Below, one piece after another: positions 29,413 to 39,625 of a DNA stretch of 64,000 bases. The position numbers were made by a program, and so were the translations under genes. Within the stretch, counting starts at the first letter, position 1; every line of letters starts with the position of its first letter. The stretch comes from Rubripirellula sp. (GTDB taxonomy: Bacteria > Planctomycetota > Planctomycetia > Pirellulales > Pirellulaceae), in contig OZ244207.1 of assembly GCA_965216875.1 (NCBI GenBank), positions 2,208,001-2,272,000 of the forward strand. The letters run 5' to 3'. The notes below the pieces were generated by a model. That model did not search any database. It saw only the letters and a list, made by a program, of their open reading frames with translations, and was not told the DNA's origin.

Positions 29413-29955
29413 TCACGATGTGCCGCAACTTCCAGAGAGCGCGCAGGACGCGCATCCGCCTGTCGAGCAACCAGCGCCTTCTTCCGTTCCGCATCCCGGT
29501 CCGCATCCTGCTTCGAGCAGCTCAGCGAACTCGCGAGTTTTCGCAACCGATTCGTATCGCTTTGTGATGTCGCGGGTGATTGCCTGAGCCGTTTCATCGA
29601 TTGGGCCAAGGAAATGCATCACGAGCGTTCCCCCGTCAAACAGATGATCAACATCAAGCAGCACCGATTTCGAACCACGATCGACCAATTCCGCTCGACA
29701 CGCTTCGACCGCATCGGCCTTGTGTCTGCACAGCCGCTTGATCAGAAGCTCATCTTCGGGAGTGACTCGCCGGAGAACACGGCAGGGGGGTGCATCGGGG
29801 CCAGTCTTGCGTGGGTCGGCGGGCCCAATGATCTCGCCTTCCTCAACACCGCGCTGCGTCCGCATAATCACTCGTTGTCCTCGCTCGAGCGGTGAGTCGC
29901 TCTGAGCACGGCGGACTTCGGAAAGGGCACCAATTCGGGCAAAAAAGAGGGGCAT
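29413..29955 (-). CDS. PSP1 (RicT/YaaT-like) domain protein with Cys-rich tail
   Basis: RGQRVIMRTQRGVEEGEI, VLRRVTPED, LLDVDHLFDG..L..HFLG. Six Cys in GCGPGC…GCSTGGCASC…SC. Confidence 0.75.
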   Translation of the reverse strand: MPLFFARIGALSEVRRAQSDSPLERGQRVIMRTQRGVEEGEIIGPADPRKTGPDAPPCRVLRRVTPEDELLIKRLCRHKADAVEACRAELVDRGSKSVLLDVDHLFDGGTLVMHFLGPIDETAQAITRDITKRYESVAKTREFAELLEAGCGPGCGTEEGAGCSTGGCASCALSGSCGTS

Positions 29956-30094
29956 CGATAGAAAAGCAATTTTGAGACGACTTGCCGAATCCGGCTACCA
30001 CGTGCAACATGGTGGTCAATTGGCTGTGAAATCGCAAACTCTATCGCCCGACAGCCACCCTGAAGGCGGAATACGGAACCCAACGCGAGTGAAC

Positions 30095-31123
30095 ATGACG
30101 ACCCAATCTTTGGAAAACCCTGCCGAGATCAATGTCGACCGGTATCAGAAAATGGCTGACAAAGTCCTGGCTGGCGAGTCGATCACCCGTGAGGAGGCGG
30201 TTTCAATCCTTGCCGCCCCCGACATCGACGTTTTGTCGATTCTTTCAGCCGGATTCCGAATTCGAAACCAACATTTCGGACGCACCGTTCAGCTCTATTT
30301 CTTGATGAACGCCAAGAGCGGTTTGTGCCCCGAAGATTGTCACTACTGCAGCCAATCGAAAGTCTCCGACGCCGAAATCCCAAAATACAACATCCTCAAA
30401 CGCGACAAGCTGATGGATGCCGCCAAATTGGCGGCCGAGCGTGGCGCGAAAACCTACTGCCTGGTGATTTCGGCTCGAGGGCCGAATGAACGGGAAATGG
30501 CAGCAGTCGAACAGATCGTGCCCGAAATCAAGCAAAAGTATGGCTTGGACATTTGTGCCTGCCTCGGGCTGTTGTCCAAGGATCAAGCCGATCGCTTGAA
30601 GGCCTGCGGCGTCGACCGGGTCAATCACAACTTGAACACCAGTGAAGACCACTACGCCGACATCTGCACAACGCACACGTACGCTGACCGAGTCCAGACC
30701 CTCCGGCACGTTCGCGACGCCGGCATGGAAATGTGCAGCGGCGGCATTATCGGAATGGGCGAAAAGCACGAAGACATCGTCTCGATGGCATTCGACCTAC
30801 AAGAGCTTGGCGTTCAATCGATTCCGCTGAACTTCTTGAATGCGATCGAAGGGACGCCGCTCGAACGCACAAGCGAACTGACTGCGAACGATTGCTTGCG
30901 AGCGTTGGCAATGTTCCGTTTTGTGAACCCTGACCGCGAGCTTCGTATTTCGGGCGGCCGAGAAATCCACTTGCGGTCCCTTCAGCCACTCGGCCTCTAT
31001 GTCGCCAACAGTCTTTTCGTCGGCGATTACCTGACAACCAAAGGCCAGGCACCGCAAGAAGATTACGACATGATTCGGGACCTCGGGTTTGAAGTCACCG
31101 GTTCGGTGTGTGAACCCGCATAG
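30095..31123 (+). CDS. bioB: Biotin synthase
   Basis: NAKSGLCPEDCHYCSQS, YC, ICACLG, NHNLNT, CSGGIIGMGE, IPLNFL, RISGGRE and ANSLFVGDYLTT. Confidence 0.97.
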   Translation: MTTQSLENPAEINVDRYQKMADKVLAGESITREEAVSILAAPDIDVLSILSAGFRIRNQHFGRTVQLYFLMNAKSGLCPEDCHYCSQSKVSDAEIPKYNILKRDKLMDAAKLAAERGAKTYCLVISARGPNEREMAAVEQIVPEIKQKYGLDICACLGLLSKDQADRLKACGVDRVNHNLNTSEDHYADICTTHTYADRVQTLRHVRDAGMEMCSGGIIGMGEKHEDIVSMAFDLQELGVQSIPLNFLNAIEGTPLERTSELTANDCLRALAMFRFVNPDRELRISGGREIHLRSLQPLGLYVANSLFVGDYLTTKGQAPQEDYDMIRDLGFEVTGSVCEPA

Positions 31124-31140
31124 CGAATCTCCTGGCCAGA

Positions 31141-31443
31141 GTCGCCTTTCGCTCCGCGAAAGTTGCGTTCGTCGTCGCAACGTCAGCGGTTCGGCGGGAG
31201 CCTCACCCTCCCAAATGGTTGCGCCCGTTCGTAGTACCGCCTTCAGGCGGAATGAATACCGTCGGCTATGGCGCGAGTTGGAGTTACGGTGCCATGAGGT
31301 AGAGTGCTTGCCCAGGCTAACGCGCGCTCCAACAATCACCCTCCCGCTTGCGGGAGGGTCGGACGCAAAGTCCGGGGAGGGAATAATCCCCAGACCAACA
31401 AACCCTCTCCGGGCCTGAGAGCCCGACTCTCCCAAGGGAGAGT
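31141..31443. repeat. Cluster of palindromic repeats (families D, G, E and one more hairpin)
   Basis: D at 31141-31163, ggttcggcgggagcctcaccctccca near 31188-31213, G (GTAGTACCGCCTTCAGGCGGA) at 31231-31251 and E at 31336-31443. Lies between convergent genes. Confidence 0.8.
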
Positions 31444-31521
31444 GTTAAGCGCCTTGCTGCTCATCTTTTGCAGCGCTCAGCCGCCGATGCATTACCGGCG
31501 GCGAGCGTCGTTGTTGTCACC

Positions 31522-33087
31522 CTACTTGTTGCGTCCTGCGGTGACTCCGGGCCAGTCGTCCGTTCGGAACGGCGTCAGAGGTAAACCGGCAGTGCTTTGC
31601 ACATTGCAAATGGGGTTGTCTGCCCAGGCGTACCGGACAGCCACGGGGTTGGCGACTGCGTCACTCGAAACGACGACTTGGTCAAACTTTCGGTCACCAT
31701 CCGAATCAACAAGCTTCGCGTTCGCGTTGACGAACTTGCGATCCTCGCCTGCAATCGCAAAACCGATTGGCTCACGAACATCGAAGGTGTCGAGTCCACC
31801 GCCGAGATGATCAAAGGTCAGCGTCGCGCGGCTGCCTTTGACTTCCATCGACTTGTAGGCGGGACTGCGGTACGGGATCTCGTAGCCGTATTGATTGGCC
31901 AATGCCCAACGAGCCAAGCGTTTCGCAACGTCTTGCTTGTTCTTTGGATGAATATCGGCTGCTTCGCCGAGGTTCAAAATGACCGCTTCGCCTGTATTGG
32001 CGAGCTTGTCCATGGTCATCGTTTGCGCCTCACGCAATTCGGCCCAATCGCTTTCGGCAGGTTCATCCACGTAGGCGCGGAAATCAGCAAGTTGAACCCA
32101 ATAGAAAGGAAAGTCGCCTTGTCCCCATTCGTCGCGCCAGCTTTGGATCATCAATGGGAATAGATCACGGTACTGATAGGCTCGTCCTGAATTTGACTCG
32201 CCTTGGTACCAGATTGCCCCGTTGATTGTGTAGCCAATCGTTGGCTTGAGGACTCCGTTGTACAAGTTCGCTGGTCGATGTTGTCCGACCAGTTGATTAC
32301 GTGGTGCCCTCGGACGATTCCCTTTTTTCTCCTTCTCCCATTTCGCCACGCGTGCTTTCCACTTCTTCATTTCGGCTTCATGGTCGTAGGTTTCCGCCAA
32401 GGCATCCCACTTCTCTAGCAATTCTTCGTAATTCCCGTCTGCTTCCAATCGTTCGCGGCTGACCCACGCTTCGGCTGCGCTGCCACCCCATGCGTTGTCG
32501 ATCAATCCGACGGGAACATCGAGGGTGGTGTGAAGTTGTCGACCAAAAAAGTAGCCGACCGCAGAGAACGATTTGACCGATTCAGGCGTGCAGGCTTGCC
32601 AGGAACCGTTGAAATCATTTTGCGGCTCCTGTGTGCCGACTTGCGGGACCGAGATCAGGCGGATGTTGGGGTAGTTCGCAGAAAGCGATTCGAGGTCCGG
32701 ATCGTTGGCCGCCGAGACGCTCCAAGCCATATTCGATTGACCGCTGCAAACCCAAACTTCGCCCACAAGCACATCTTTAAAGGTCTTTGTTTCGTCGGCT
32801 TCGATCACCAGCTCATAAGGTCCGCCTGCTTCAAACTCGGGTAGCTCGACATCAAACCGACCATCCTCGCCAGCGGTGCCCTTGACCGATTGGTCGCCAA
32901 GTTTAACGGTGACTTCGGTGTCGGCTTTGGTCCAGCCCCAAACCTTGATCGGCTTGCCACGTTGAACGACCATTGAATCGCCAAAGATCGACGAAAGGGT
33001 CAGTTCCGCGTGAGCGTCGCTGACCAAAGCAAGCGACAGCATCAGTGTCAAAGCGTAAAGGAACGTCCAGCGAATTCGGTGGTTCAT
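31522..33087 (-). CDS. Sialate O-acetylesterase (SASA) family protein, secreted
   Basis: [45 protein letters not shown] and AVRYAW. Signal peptide from ATG 33087. Confidence 0.92.
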   Translation of the reverse strand: MNHRIRWTFLYALTLMLSLALVSDAHAELTLSSIFGDSMVVQRGKPIKVWGWTKADTEVTVKLGDQSVKGTAGEDGRFDVELPEFEAGGPYELVIEADETKTFKDVLVGEVWVCSGQSNMAWSVSAANDPDLESLSANYPNIRLISVPQVGTQEPQNDFNGSWQACTPESVKSFSAVGYFFGRQLHTTLDVPVGLIDNAWGGSAAEAWVSRERLEADGNYEELLEKWDALAETYDHEAEMKKWKARVAKWEKEKKGNRPRAPRNQLVGQHRPANLYNGVLKPTIGYTINGAIWYQGESNSGRAYQYRDLFPLMIQSWRDEWGQGDFPFYWVQLADFRAYVDEPAESDWAELREAQTMTMDKLANTGEAVILNLGEAADIHPKNKQDVAKRLARWALANQYGYEIPYRSPAYKSMEVKGSRATLTFDHLGGGLDTFDVREPIGFAIAGEDRKFVNANAKLVDSDGDRKFDQVVVSSDAVANPVAVRYAWADNPICNVQSTAGLPLTPFRTDDWPGVTAGRNK

Positions 33088-33307
33088 GAGCGAAGATCTC
33101 GATGTGGGAGGGAGTGATTGAGGGAGATAGATGATAGCCGAACCGAGACACGGGTGGGTGAAGATCGCGCCGACCAAACTGCTCTATAATTGCGACCGAT
33201 CGCAAGGATCGATTCCTTCGCCGAGACATCGCATCCAAAGACCGAGCCACCACATCAACCGAATTTCACCGGCCGAATCGCAACGGCCATATCGAGAGCC
33301 AAGCCCA

Positions 33308-34966
33308 ATGCCCATGCCAAGCCGAAAAGTCACGAGCCACTCGTTGGGTTACTGCATCGCAATGCTCGCTGTTGCTGCGACGCTGACGCTCAGCCCCTCA
33401 GCGAAGGCCGAAGGAAAGCAGCCCAATGTGCTGATTGCCATCTCCGACGATCAATCCTTTCCCCATGCCTCGGCCTATGGCGATCCGGTCGTTCAAACGC
33501 CCGGTTTTGACCGCGTGGCCAAGGCCGGCGTCCTGTTCAACAATGCCTTCACGCCGGCTCCGGGTTGTAGCCCAATGCGAGCAGCCTTTTTGACGGGCCG
33601 CGAAATCTGGCAGAACGAACATGCCGGAACCCATGCGAGTTTCTTTCCGACGCACTTGCCCGTGTTCACCAACCAACTCGCCCAAGCCGGCTACCACGTT
33701 GGTATGACCGGCAAGGGATGGGGCCCCGGCCGTCATCCTGGCTGGGAACACAATCCCGCTGGCAAATCGTATAGCGGCGCAAAGTCAAAAGCACCGAAGG
33801 GGATTTCAGGCAACAACTACGCCGCGAACTTCGACCGGTTTCTTGAGTCCAAACCCGACGACCGTCCTTTCTGTTTTTGGTTTGGTAGCCACGAACCTCA
33901 TCGCTCCTATGACAAGGGAATTGGCAAACGCAGCGGCATGGACCTGAGCAAGGTGCAGGTGCCCCCGTTTCTTCCAGACACCGACGAGGTGCGTTCGGAC
34001 ATCGCCGATTACCTTTACGAGATTCAGTGGTTCGACCAGCACTTGCAGCGGATGCTCGATCGGTTGAGTGAAGCTGGCGAACTGGACAACACGCTCGTGA
34101 TCGTAACAAGCGACAACGGCATGCCCTTTCCGCGAGCGAAAGCGAACGTGTACGAGTATGGCATTCACATGCCGCTGGCGATCTCCTGGCCACAGCGTAT
34201 TCGCGGCGGCCAAACAACCGATGACCTTGTCAGTTTGATCGATGTCACCAAAACGATTTTCGCTGCAGCGGAAGTGACCCCACAGAAATCGGAGCAGATG
34301 CCTGGCGTGAGCCTCTTGGGCCGCTACTCAGATCAAGCTGGCAAAGTCGCTCCACCACGGCGTGAAGTTTTTAGTGGTCGCGAACGGCATTCGTCTTCGC
34401 GGTTCAACAGTCTCGGCTATCCCTGTCGTTGCATTCGCACCAAGACCCATTTGTACATTCGCAATTTCAAGCCCCAACGTTGGCCGGCTGGAACGCCACA
34501 GAAATACGATCGTGCAACCTATGATGACTCGGGCAAGTTGGTCGACTCGCGGCTGGGCGGCGCCCATGGCGGCTATCACGACATCGACAACGGGCCCACG
34601 CTGCAACACATGATCGCTCGACGAAACGAGTCGCGTTTCAAACCACTGTTTGATTTTGCCGTCGCCCTGCGTCCCGTCGAGGAACTTTACAACATCGTCG
34701 ACGACCCGGGTTGTCTCAACAATCTTGCCACGTCACCGGCGAGCAATGCGATCAAGACCGACCTGTCCAATCGTTTGACGAACTACTTGGTTCGCACTGG
34801 GGATTTGCGTCAAACCGACCCGAAACAGGCGGACGTCTGGGAAACCTACCCGAGGGTGAGTGGTCTGCGTTGGTTCCCGACGCCGGAATGGGCAGAAGCA
34901 AGCCCCGAACTTGTTCCCGATCAGCCGTGGCTCGAGGAACGTCGTCCACGAAAGAAGAACGACTGA
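33308..34966 (+). CDS. Sulfatase (formylglycine-dependent, S1; sulfamidase-like)
   Basis: PNVLIAISDD, CSPMR (CxPxR), TGKGW, EPHR, TSDNGMPFPRAK and ELY…DP…NNLA. Confidence 0.93.
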   Translation: MPMPSRKVTSHSLGYCIAMLAVAATLTLSPSAKAEGKQPNVLIAISDDQSFPHASAYGDPVVQTPGFDRVAKAGVLFNNAFTPAPGCSPMRAAFLTGREIWQNEHAGTHASFFPTHLPVFTNQLAQAGYHVGMTGKGWGPGRHPGWEHNPAGKSYSGAKSKAPKGISGNNYAANFDRFLESKPDDRPFCFWFGSHEPHRSYDKGIGKRSGMDLSKVQVPPFLPDTDEVRSDIADYLYEIQWFDQHLQRMLDRLSEAGELDNTLVIVTSDNGMPFPRAKANVYEYGIHMPLAISWPQRIRGGQTTDDLVSLIDVTKTIFAAAEVTPQKSEQMPGVSLLGRYSDQAGKVAPPRREVFSGRERHSSSRFNSLGYPCRCIRTKTHLYIRNFKPQRWPAGTPQKYDRATYDDSGKLVDSRLGGAHGGYHDIDNGPTLQHMIARRNESRFKPLFDFAVALRPVEELYNIVDDPGCLNNLATSPASNAIKTDLSNRLTNYLVRTGDLRQTDPKQADVWETYPRVSGLRWFPTPEWAEASPELVPDQPWLEERRPRKKND

Positions 34967-34988
34967 CACCGTATGACTCGAGTTATCA

Positions 34989-35663
34989 ATGACTGAGGCG
35001 GAATACGAACCAGTCGATCGGCGTCCCATTCAAAGCCGCGACACTCGTTGGGCCAATCGTATTGCCCAGCTCCTTGTGCGGTTGGGGCTGTCGCCCAATT
35101 CGATTTCTCTCATTGGTATGTTCGCAGCGATTGCCGGCGGAGTTCTGTTCGGACTGACAAGCCAAACGGAAGCAGCGACTCAGCGAATCCTTTGGCTTTG
35201 CGCTGGATTGCTATGCCAGGTGCGTTTGCTGTGCAATCTATTCGACGGGATGGTTGCCGTCGCGCAAGGAATCGCATCCCCGAAGGGTGAACTCTATAAC
35301 GAAGTCCCTGATCGCATCTCCGACGCCGCTATTTTCATCGGGATCGGGTATGCCGCAGGTGGCAGCCCTGAAATTGGATTCACCGCAGCGTTGCTTGCCG
35401 TCTTTGTTGCGTATGTCCGAGCAATGGCAAAGTCGATTGGCGCACCCAATGATTTTTGCGGTCCAATGGCAAAGCCGCAGCGGATGGCGTTGGCGACATC
35501 ACTTTCCGCCTACATGGCGTTTTCGCCTCAGGGATGGCGACTCGAATTTGGCGAAGCGACCTTGATTCTCGGTCTTGTCGCGATCGGTTGCATGGTCACG
35601 GCCATCCGTCGGCTAAGCCGCGCATCGAAGCATCTCTCGGCCGCGGAGTCCTCGCAGCCTTAA
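34989..35663 (+). CDS. CDP-alcohol phosphatidyltransferase family protein (YnbA-like)
   Basis: RRPIQSR, SPNSIS, NLFDGMVA…GELYNEVPDR.SD and GPMAKPQRM. Confidence 0.88.
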   Translation: MTEAEYEPVDRRPIQSRDTRWANRIAQLLVRLGLSPNSISLIGMFAAIAGGVLFGLTSQTEAATQRILWLCAGLLCQVRLLCNLFDGMVAVAQGIASPKGELYNEVPDRISDAAIFIGIGYAAGGSPEIGFTAALLAVFVAYVRAMAKSIGAPNDFCGPMAKPQRMALATSLSAYMAFSPQGWRLEFGEATLILGLVAIGCMVTAIRRLSRASKHLSAAESSQP

Positions 35664-35785
35664 AGCACAGGGCTATGCTCAGGCTTGCACGCTTTGACGT
35701 GCAATGGGCAGCCATTTGGGGTAAAATGGAGGCGTGCACGCTGACTGCGCTGCATCCCGCCTTGCCACCCACCTGACGCAATCTC

Positions 35786-38107
35786 ATGCTGCGTTCGCTC
35801 TCGCTTCTAACAGCCGTTTTGCTCCTTCCCTGCGCCTTGTTTGCGTCGGATGGTGAAGACTTTTTCGAACGTCGTGTGCGTCCCATCCTTGTCGAGCGAT
35901 GCTACGAGTGCCACAGCGAAAAGGAAGGCGAACAACAGGGCGGGCTCCTGCTTGATCGTCAGAGCGGTTGGCTGCAAGGCGGTGAAATGGGTAAAGCGGT
36001 TGTACCGGGCAACCTGCAGGCATCACTCTTGGTCGCTGCGATCAACTACGATCGCGATGACTTGCAGATGCCTCCCGACGCACGCTTGCCCGAGGACGAA
36101 ATCAGCATCCTCCTGGACTGGATTCAGCATGGTGCCAACGCGCCAGAAGATGATCTTGGCGAAACGGATTTTTCCCGGCTGGGCGATCAAGAGTATTTGT
36201 TCAGCGAAGCCAAATCGCACTGGGCCTTTCAACCTGTCACGGCCACCGATCCACCGAACGTTCGCGCGGAAGCTTGGAATCAAAACGCGATCGATCGATT
36301 TGTTTTCGCTCGCATGGTCGACAACGGCCTTCGTCCCTCAGCCGCTGCGTCGCACGAAACGATGGCGCGTCGGTTGAGTTTTGTCCTGACAGGTCTGCCA
36401 CCCCAACACAAGGACGTCGAACGATTTCGAAAACGCGCAGAAGAAGAGGGGATCGTGGCGGCAACCACGGCGCAAGTCGATCATCTGCTAAACACCTCTG
36501 CCTATGGCCAGCACATCGGACGAATGTGGCTCGATGTCGCGCGCTATGCCGACACGGATAGTGCCTATCGCCCTGATACGCGGACGCCACACTATTTCCC
36601 CTTCGCGTTCACGTATCGCGACTACGTTGTCGACGCCTACAACGAAGACAAACCGTACGATCAATTCGTGATCGAACAATTGGCTGCGGATCTAACCGAC
36701 ACCTCTGCCGGTGCCGACAAACTGGCTGCGCTTGGCTTTCTCGGAATCGCACCCCACGCCAACCGATCTCAAGCCGAGGCACTCGACGACTGGATCGACG
36801 TGACGACACGTGGCTTGATGGGTTTGACCGCCGCGTGCGCTCGCTGCCACGATCACAAATTCGAGCCGGTGCCAACTGCGGACTACTATTCGCTTCGCGG
36901 CGTCTTTGCTGGCCTCGTTCGTCCCAGCCCGCTCGACGAGACCAAGCAACCGGTTCTGGCAAGCTACCAGGCCAATGCGGCGGACCGCGCCGACTACGAA
37001 AAACAGCGAGCTGAAATTGAAAAGAAGATCAAAGCGGGGGCTGGCAAGAAGGTCGGCAACAACGCTGTACCCGAAAAGATCCGTGAGACCGAGCTGGCCA
37101 AGCTCCTCGCGTTTCACCCTGGGGCCCCGGCACGGGCAATGGTGATCGAAGAAAAGAAGCGAATCCCGCCGACGTATGTCTTTCTACGTGGCGATGCAAG
37201 GAACCGTGGCAAGCAAGTTCCTCGCCGCTTCTTAGAAATCCTCGATCCCGATCAAACGGCGTTCAGTGACGCAAACAGTGGACGCTATGAACTCGCTCGC
37301 AGCATCGTTTCTCATGACAATCCGCTGACCGCGCGCGTTTACGTCAATCGCGTTTGGGGACATGTGATGGGTTCCTATCTCGTTCGCACGCCCTCCGATT
37401 TTGGCTTACAAGGCGAGCGACCGACGCATCCGCAATTACTCGATTGGCTCACCGCCGACTTTGTCCAGCACGGATGGTCGACCAAGCATCTGGTTCGAAG
37501 GATCGTGAACACGGCGACCTTTCGCCAAGCCGTCCGTCACCAGGATGAAAAAGCGTTGCTTGACCCCGAGAATCGATTTCTCTGGCGAGCCAATCGCCGA
37601 CACCTTTCGATTGAGTCGATTCGAGACAGCCTGCTTTTCGTTTCCGGGACACTCGATCGTCGAATGCGAGGCCGTCCTGGGCAATTGTGGGACGAAAACT
37701 ACACCCACCGCCGCGCGATCTACGGATTTGTGAATCGATTCAACCTCGATCCGACTCTTCGTGCTTTCGATTTTGCCAACCCAATGCAAAGTCAACCCAA
37801 ACGTGGCGAGAGTATCGTCGCACCTCAGGCACTGTTCACATTGAACGCAAAGATTGTGGTCGACCAGGCAGCCGCGCTCGTGGACGCGGACGAATTTACG
37901 TCGCTCGAGTCCGACGACGCAAGAATCACGTCCATCTTCCGCAAGGTGTTACAACGCGATCCTGCAGACCAAGAAATGGCGCGCGTCAAAAAGTTCGTTG
38001 CGTTTCAAGAACGGTTCAAAAAGCCATCCACACGGTTTATCGATTCACCATGGCCACTGGTCGCGCAGTCGTTGATGATGAGTAATGAGTTTCAGTATGT
38101 CGACTAA
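35786..38107 (+). CDS. Planctomycete cytochrome c + DUF1549/DUF1553 (PSCyt1-PSCyt2-PSD1) protein
   Basis: FFERRVRPILVERCYECH, HWAFQP, WLDVARYAD, CARCHDHKFEP, NPLTARVYVNRVW and PTHPQLLDWL. Confidence 0.93.
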   Translation: MLRSLSLLTAVLLLPCALFASDGEDFFERRVRPILVERCYECHSEKEGEQQGGLLLDRQSGWLQGGEMGKAVVPGNLQASLLVAAINYDRDDLQMPPDARLPEDEISILLDWIQHGANAPEDDLGETDFSRLGDQEYLFSEAKSHWAFQPVTATDPPNVRAEAWNQNAIDRFVFARMVDNGLRPSAAASHETMARRLSFVLTGLPPQHKDVERFRKRAEEEGIVAATTAQVDHLLNTSAYGQHIGRMWLDVARYADTDSAYRPDTRTPHYFPFAFTYRDYVVDAYNEDKPYDQFVIEQLAADLTDTSAGADKLAALGFLGIAPHANRSQAEALDDWIDVTTRGLMGLTAACARCHDHKFEPVPTADYYSLRGVFAGLVRPSPLDETKQPVLASYQANAADRADYEKQRAEIEKKIKAGAGKKVGNNAVPEKIRETELAKLLAFHPGAPARAMVIEEKKRIPPTYVFLRGDARNRGKQVPRRFLEILDPDQTAFSDANSGRYELARSIVSHDNPLTARVYVNRVWGHVMGSYLVRTPSDFGLQGERPTHPQLLDWLTADFVQHGWSTKHLVRRIVNTATFRQAVRHQDEKALLDPENRFLWRANRRHLSIESIRDSLLFVSGTLDRRMRGRPGQLWDENYTHRRAIYGFVNRFNLDPTLRAFDFANPMQSQPKRGESIVAPQALFTLNAKIVVDQAAALVDADEFTSLESDDARITSIFRKVLQRDPADQEMARVKKFVAFQERFKKPSTRFIDSPWPLVAQSLMMSNEFQYVD

Positions 38108-39527
38108 ACCAGCTTCCCATCCCGATCTGTCGCGACGTCAACTGTTGCGTTCAACGAGCCTCGGGGCCGTTGCGCTTTCAACGCTGCTTGGCGAGCAACA
38201 GTCAAATGCTGCAAACCTCGACGAATCGCCTCTTGCGGCGCGTCCCCCCGCGTTTGCCCCACGCGCGAAACGCGTCATTCACCTTTTTATGAATGGCGGG
38301 CCCTCCCAGATCGACACCTTTGACCCAAAACCTGAGCTCAACCGACTCGATGGCCAGAAACTGCCCGATTCCGTTAAGAAGCAGTTGCAGCCGACGCAGC
38401 GAAATCGCGCCGGCACCATCTTTGGTTCGCCATTCAAGTTTTCGCGTCACGGCGAAAGCGGATTGCCGGTCAGCGAACTGTTTCCCAAGGTCGCCAAACA
38501 CGCAGATGACTTGTGTGTGATCCGATCAATGCAGGGCGAGATCGCCAACCACACGCCGGGTCTGCTGCTGACCAACTGTGGGAACTCGACGATTGCACGG
38601 CCGAGCATTGGATCATGGTTGCTTTACGGGCTGGGAAGCGAAAGCGACGAATTACCAGGGTTCGTCGTGTTGTGCCCCAAGGGACTTCCTACCGCACAAT
38701 CACGAAATTGGACGAGCGCATTCATGCCAGGTGTGTATCAAGGGACGCACATCGATATGGAAACGTCGGGCAAGCAGATCGTTCCGAATCTTACGCGCAA
38801 GGACATTCGCGTTGGTTCGCAGCGTGCGCAGGTTGCGCTAACCCAATACCTCAATGCGAGGCACAGTGCCCAGCGGCCAGGTGACCAGCGGCTTGAAAGT
38901 CGCATCCATTCGATGGAACTCGCCTTTCGAATGCAGAGCGCCGGCACGGACGTGTTTGATCTCTCGCGTGAACCTCAGTCGGTGCGTGAAATGTACGGCA
39001 ACACGATCCAAGGTCGCAGCATGCTCGTCGCCCGACGCCTCGTCGAACGTGGTGTGCGGTACGTCCAGTGCTATCACGGCGCGGGCCAACCTTGGGATAG
39101 TCACGGATCGATCGTCAAAAACCATCGTCGTCTGTGCAATGAAGCCGACCAACCCATCGCGGCTCTTCTAAGCGACCTTAAACAGCGCGGAATGCTCGAC
39201 GAAACCTTGGTGATCTGGGGCGGTGAAATGGGACGCACTCCAACCATTCAAAAGGTCAAGGATCCATCAAAAGTAGGCCGCGACCATCACATCGACGGCT
39301 ACACCGTTTGGCTAGCCGGTGGAGGCTTCCGAGGCGGAATGCACTATGGCGCAACCGATGATCTGGGGATGGCGGTGACCGAAAACAAGGTTACGCTACA
39401 CGACCTGCATGCCACCATTTTGAATCAAATGGGTTTCGATCACCGCGAACTCACTTATCGCTACTCAGGTAGAGACTTTCGACTCACGGACGTCCACGGA
39501 CGAGTGATCAGCGACATCGTCAGTTGA
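38097..39527 (+). CDS. DUF1501 domain protein with Tat signal
   Basis: SRRQLL, AKRVIHLFMNGGPSQIDTFDPKP, ARRLVERGVR, WDSH, GEMGRTP, GRDHH and DLHATIL. Overlaps the PSD1 stop. Confidence 0.93.
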   Translation: MSTKPASHPDLSRRQLLRSTSLGAVALSTLLGEQQSNAANLDESPLAARPPAFAPRAKRVIHLFMNGGPSQIDTFDPKPELNRLDGQKLPDSVKKQLQPTQRNRAGTIFGSPFKFSRHGESGLPVSELFPKVAKHADDLCVIRSMQGEIANHTPGLLLTNCGNSTIARPSIGSWLLYGLGSESDELPGFVVLCPKGLPTAQSRNWTSAFMPGVYQGTHIDMETSGKQIVPNLTRKDIRVGSQRAQVALTQYLNARHSAQRPGDQRLESRIHSMELAFRMQSAGTDVFDLSREPQSVREMYGNTIQGRSMLVARRLVERGVRYVQCYHGAGQPWDSHGSIVKNHRRLCNEADQPIAALLSDLKQRGMLDETLVIWGGEMGRTPTIQKVKDPSKVGRDHHIDGYTVWLAGGGFRGGMHYGATDDLGMAVTENKVTLHDLHATILNQMGFDHRELTYRYSGRDFRLTDVHGRVISDIVS

Positions 39528-39575
39528 CCGGGTTGTGAACGAGTAAGCGATCTTGACAAAACAATGATGCCAGGG

Positions 39576-39598
39576 GGACTCGTTGCCTCGTCCACTAC
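39576..39598 (-). repeat. REP-like family F, solo copy (GTAGTGGACGAGGCAACGAGTCC)
   Basis: Exact reverse complement of 52039-52061. Confidence 0.85.
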
Positions 39599-39625
39599 TG
39601 GAACTGCTTGGGGCCATTTTTGACC

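Noticed and set aside
35694..35727. Sigma70 promoter TTGACG…TAAAAT before the PSD1 gene
   Set aside because: The spacer is 22 bp, not 16-18.
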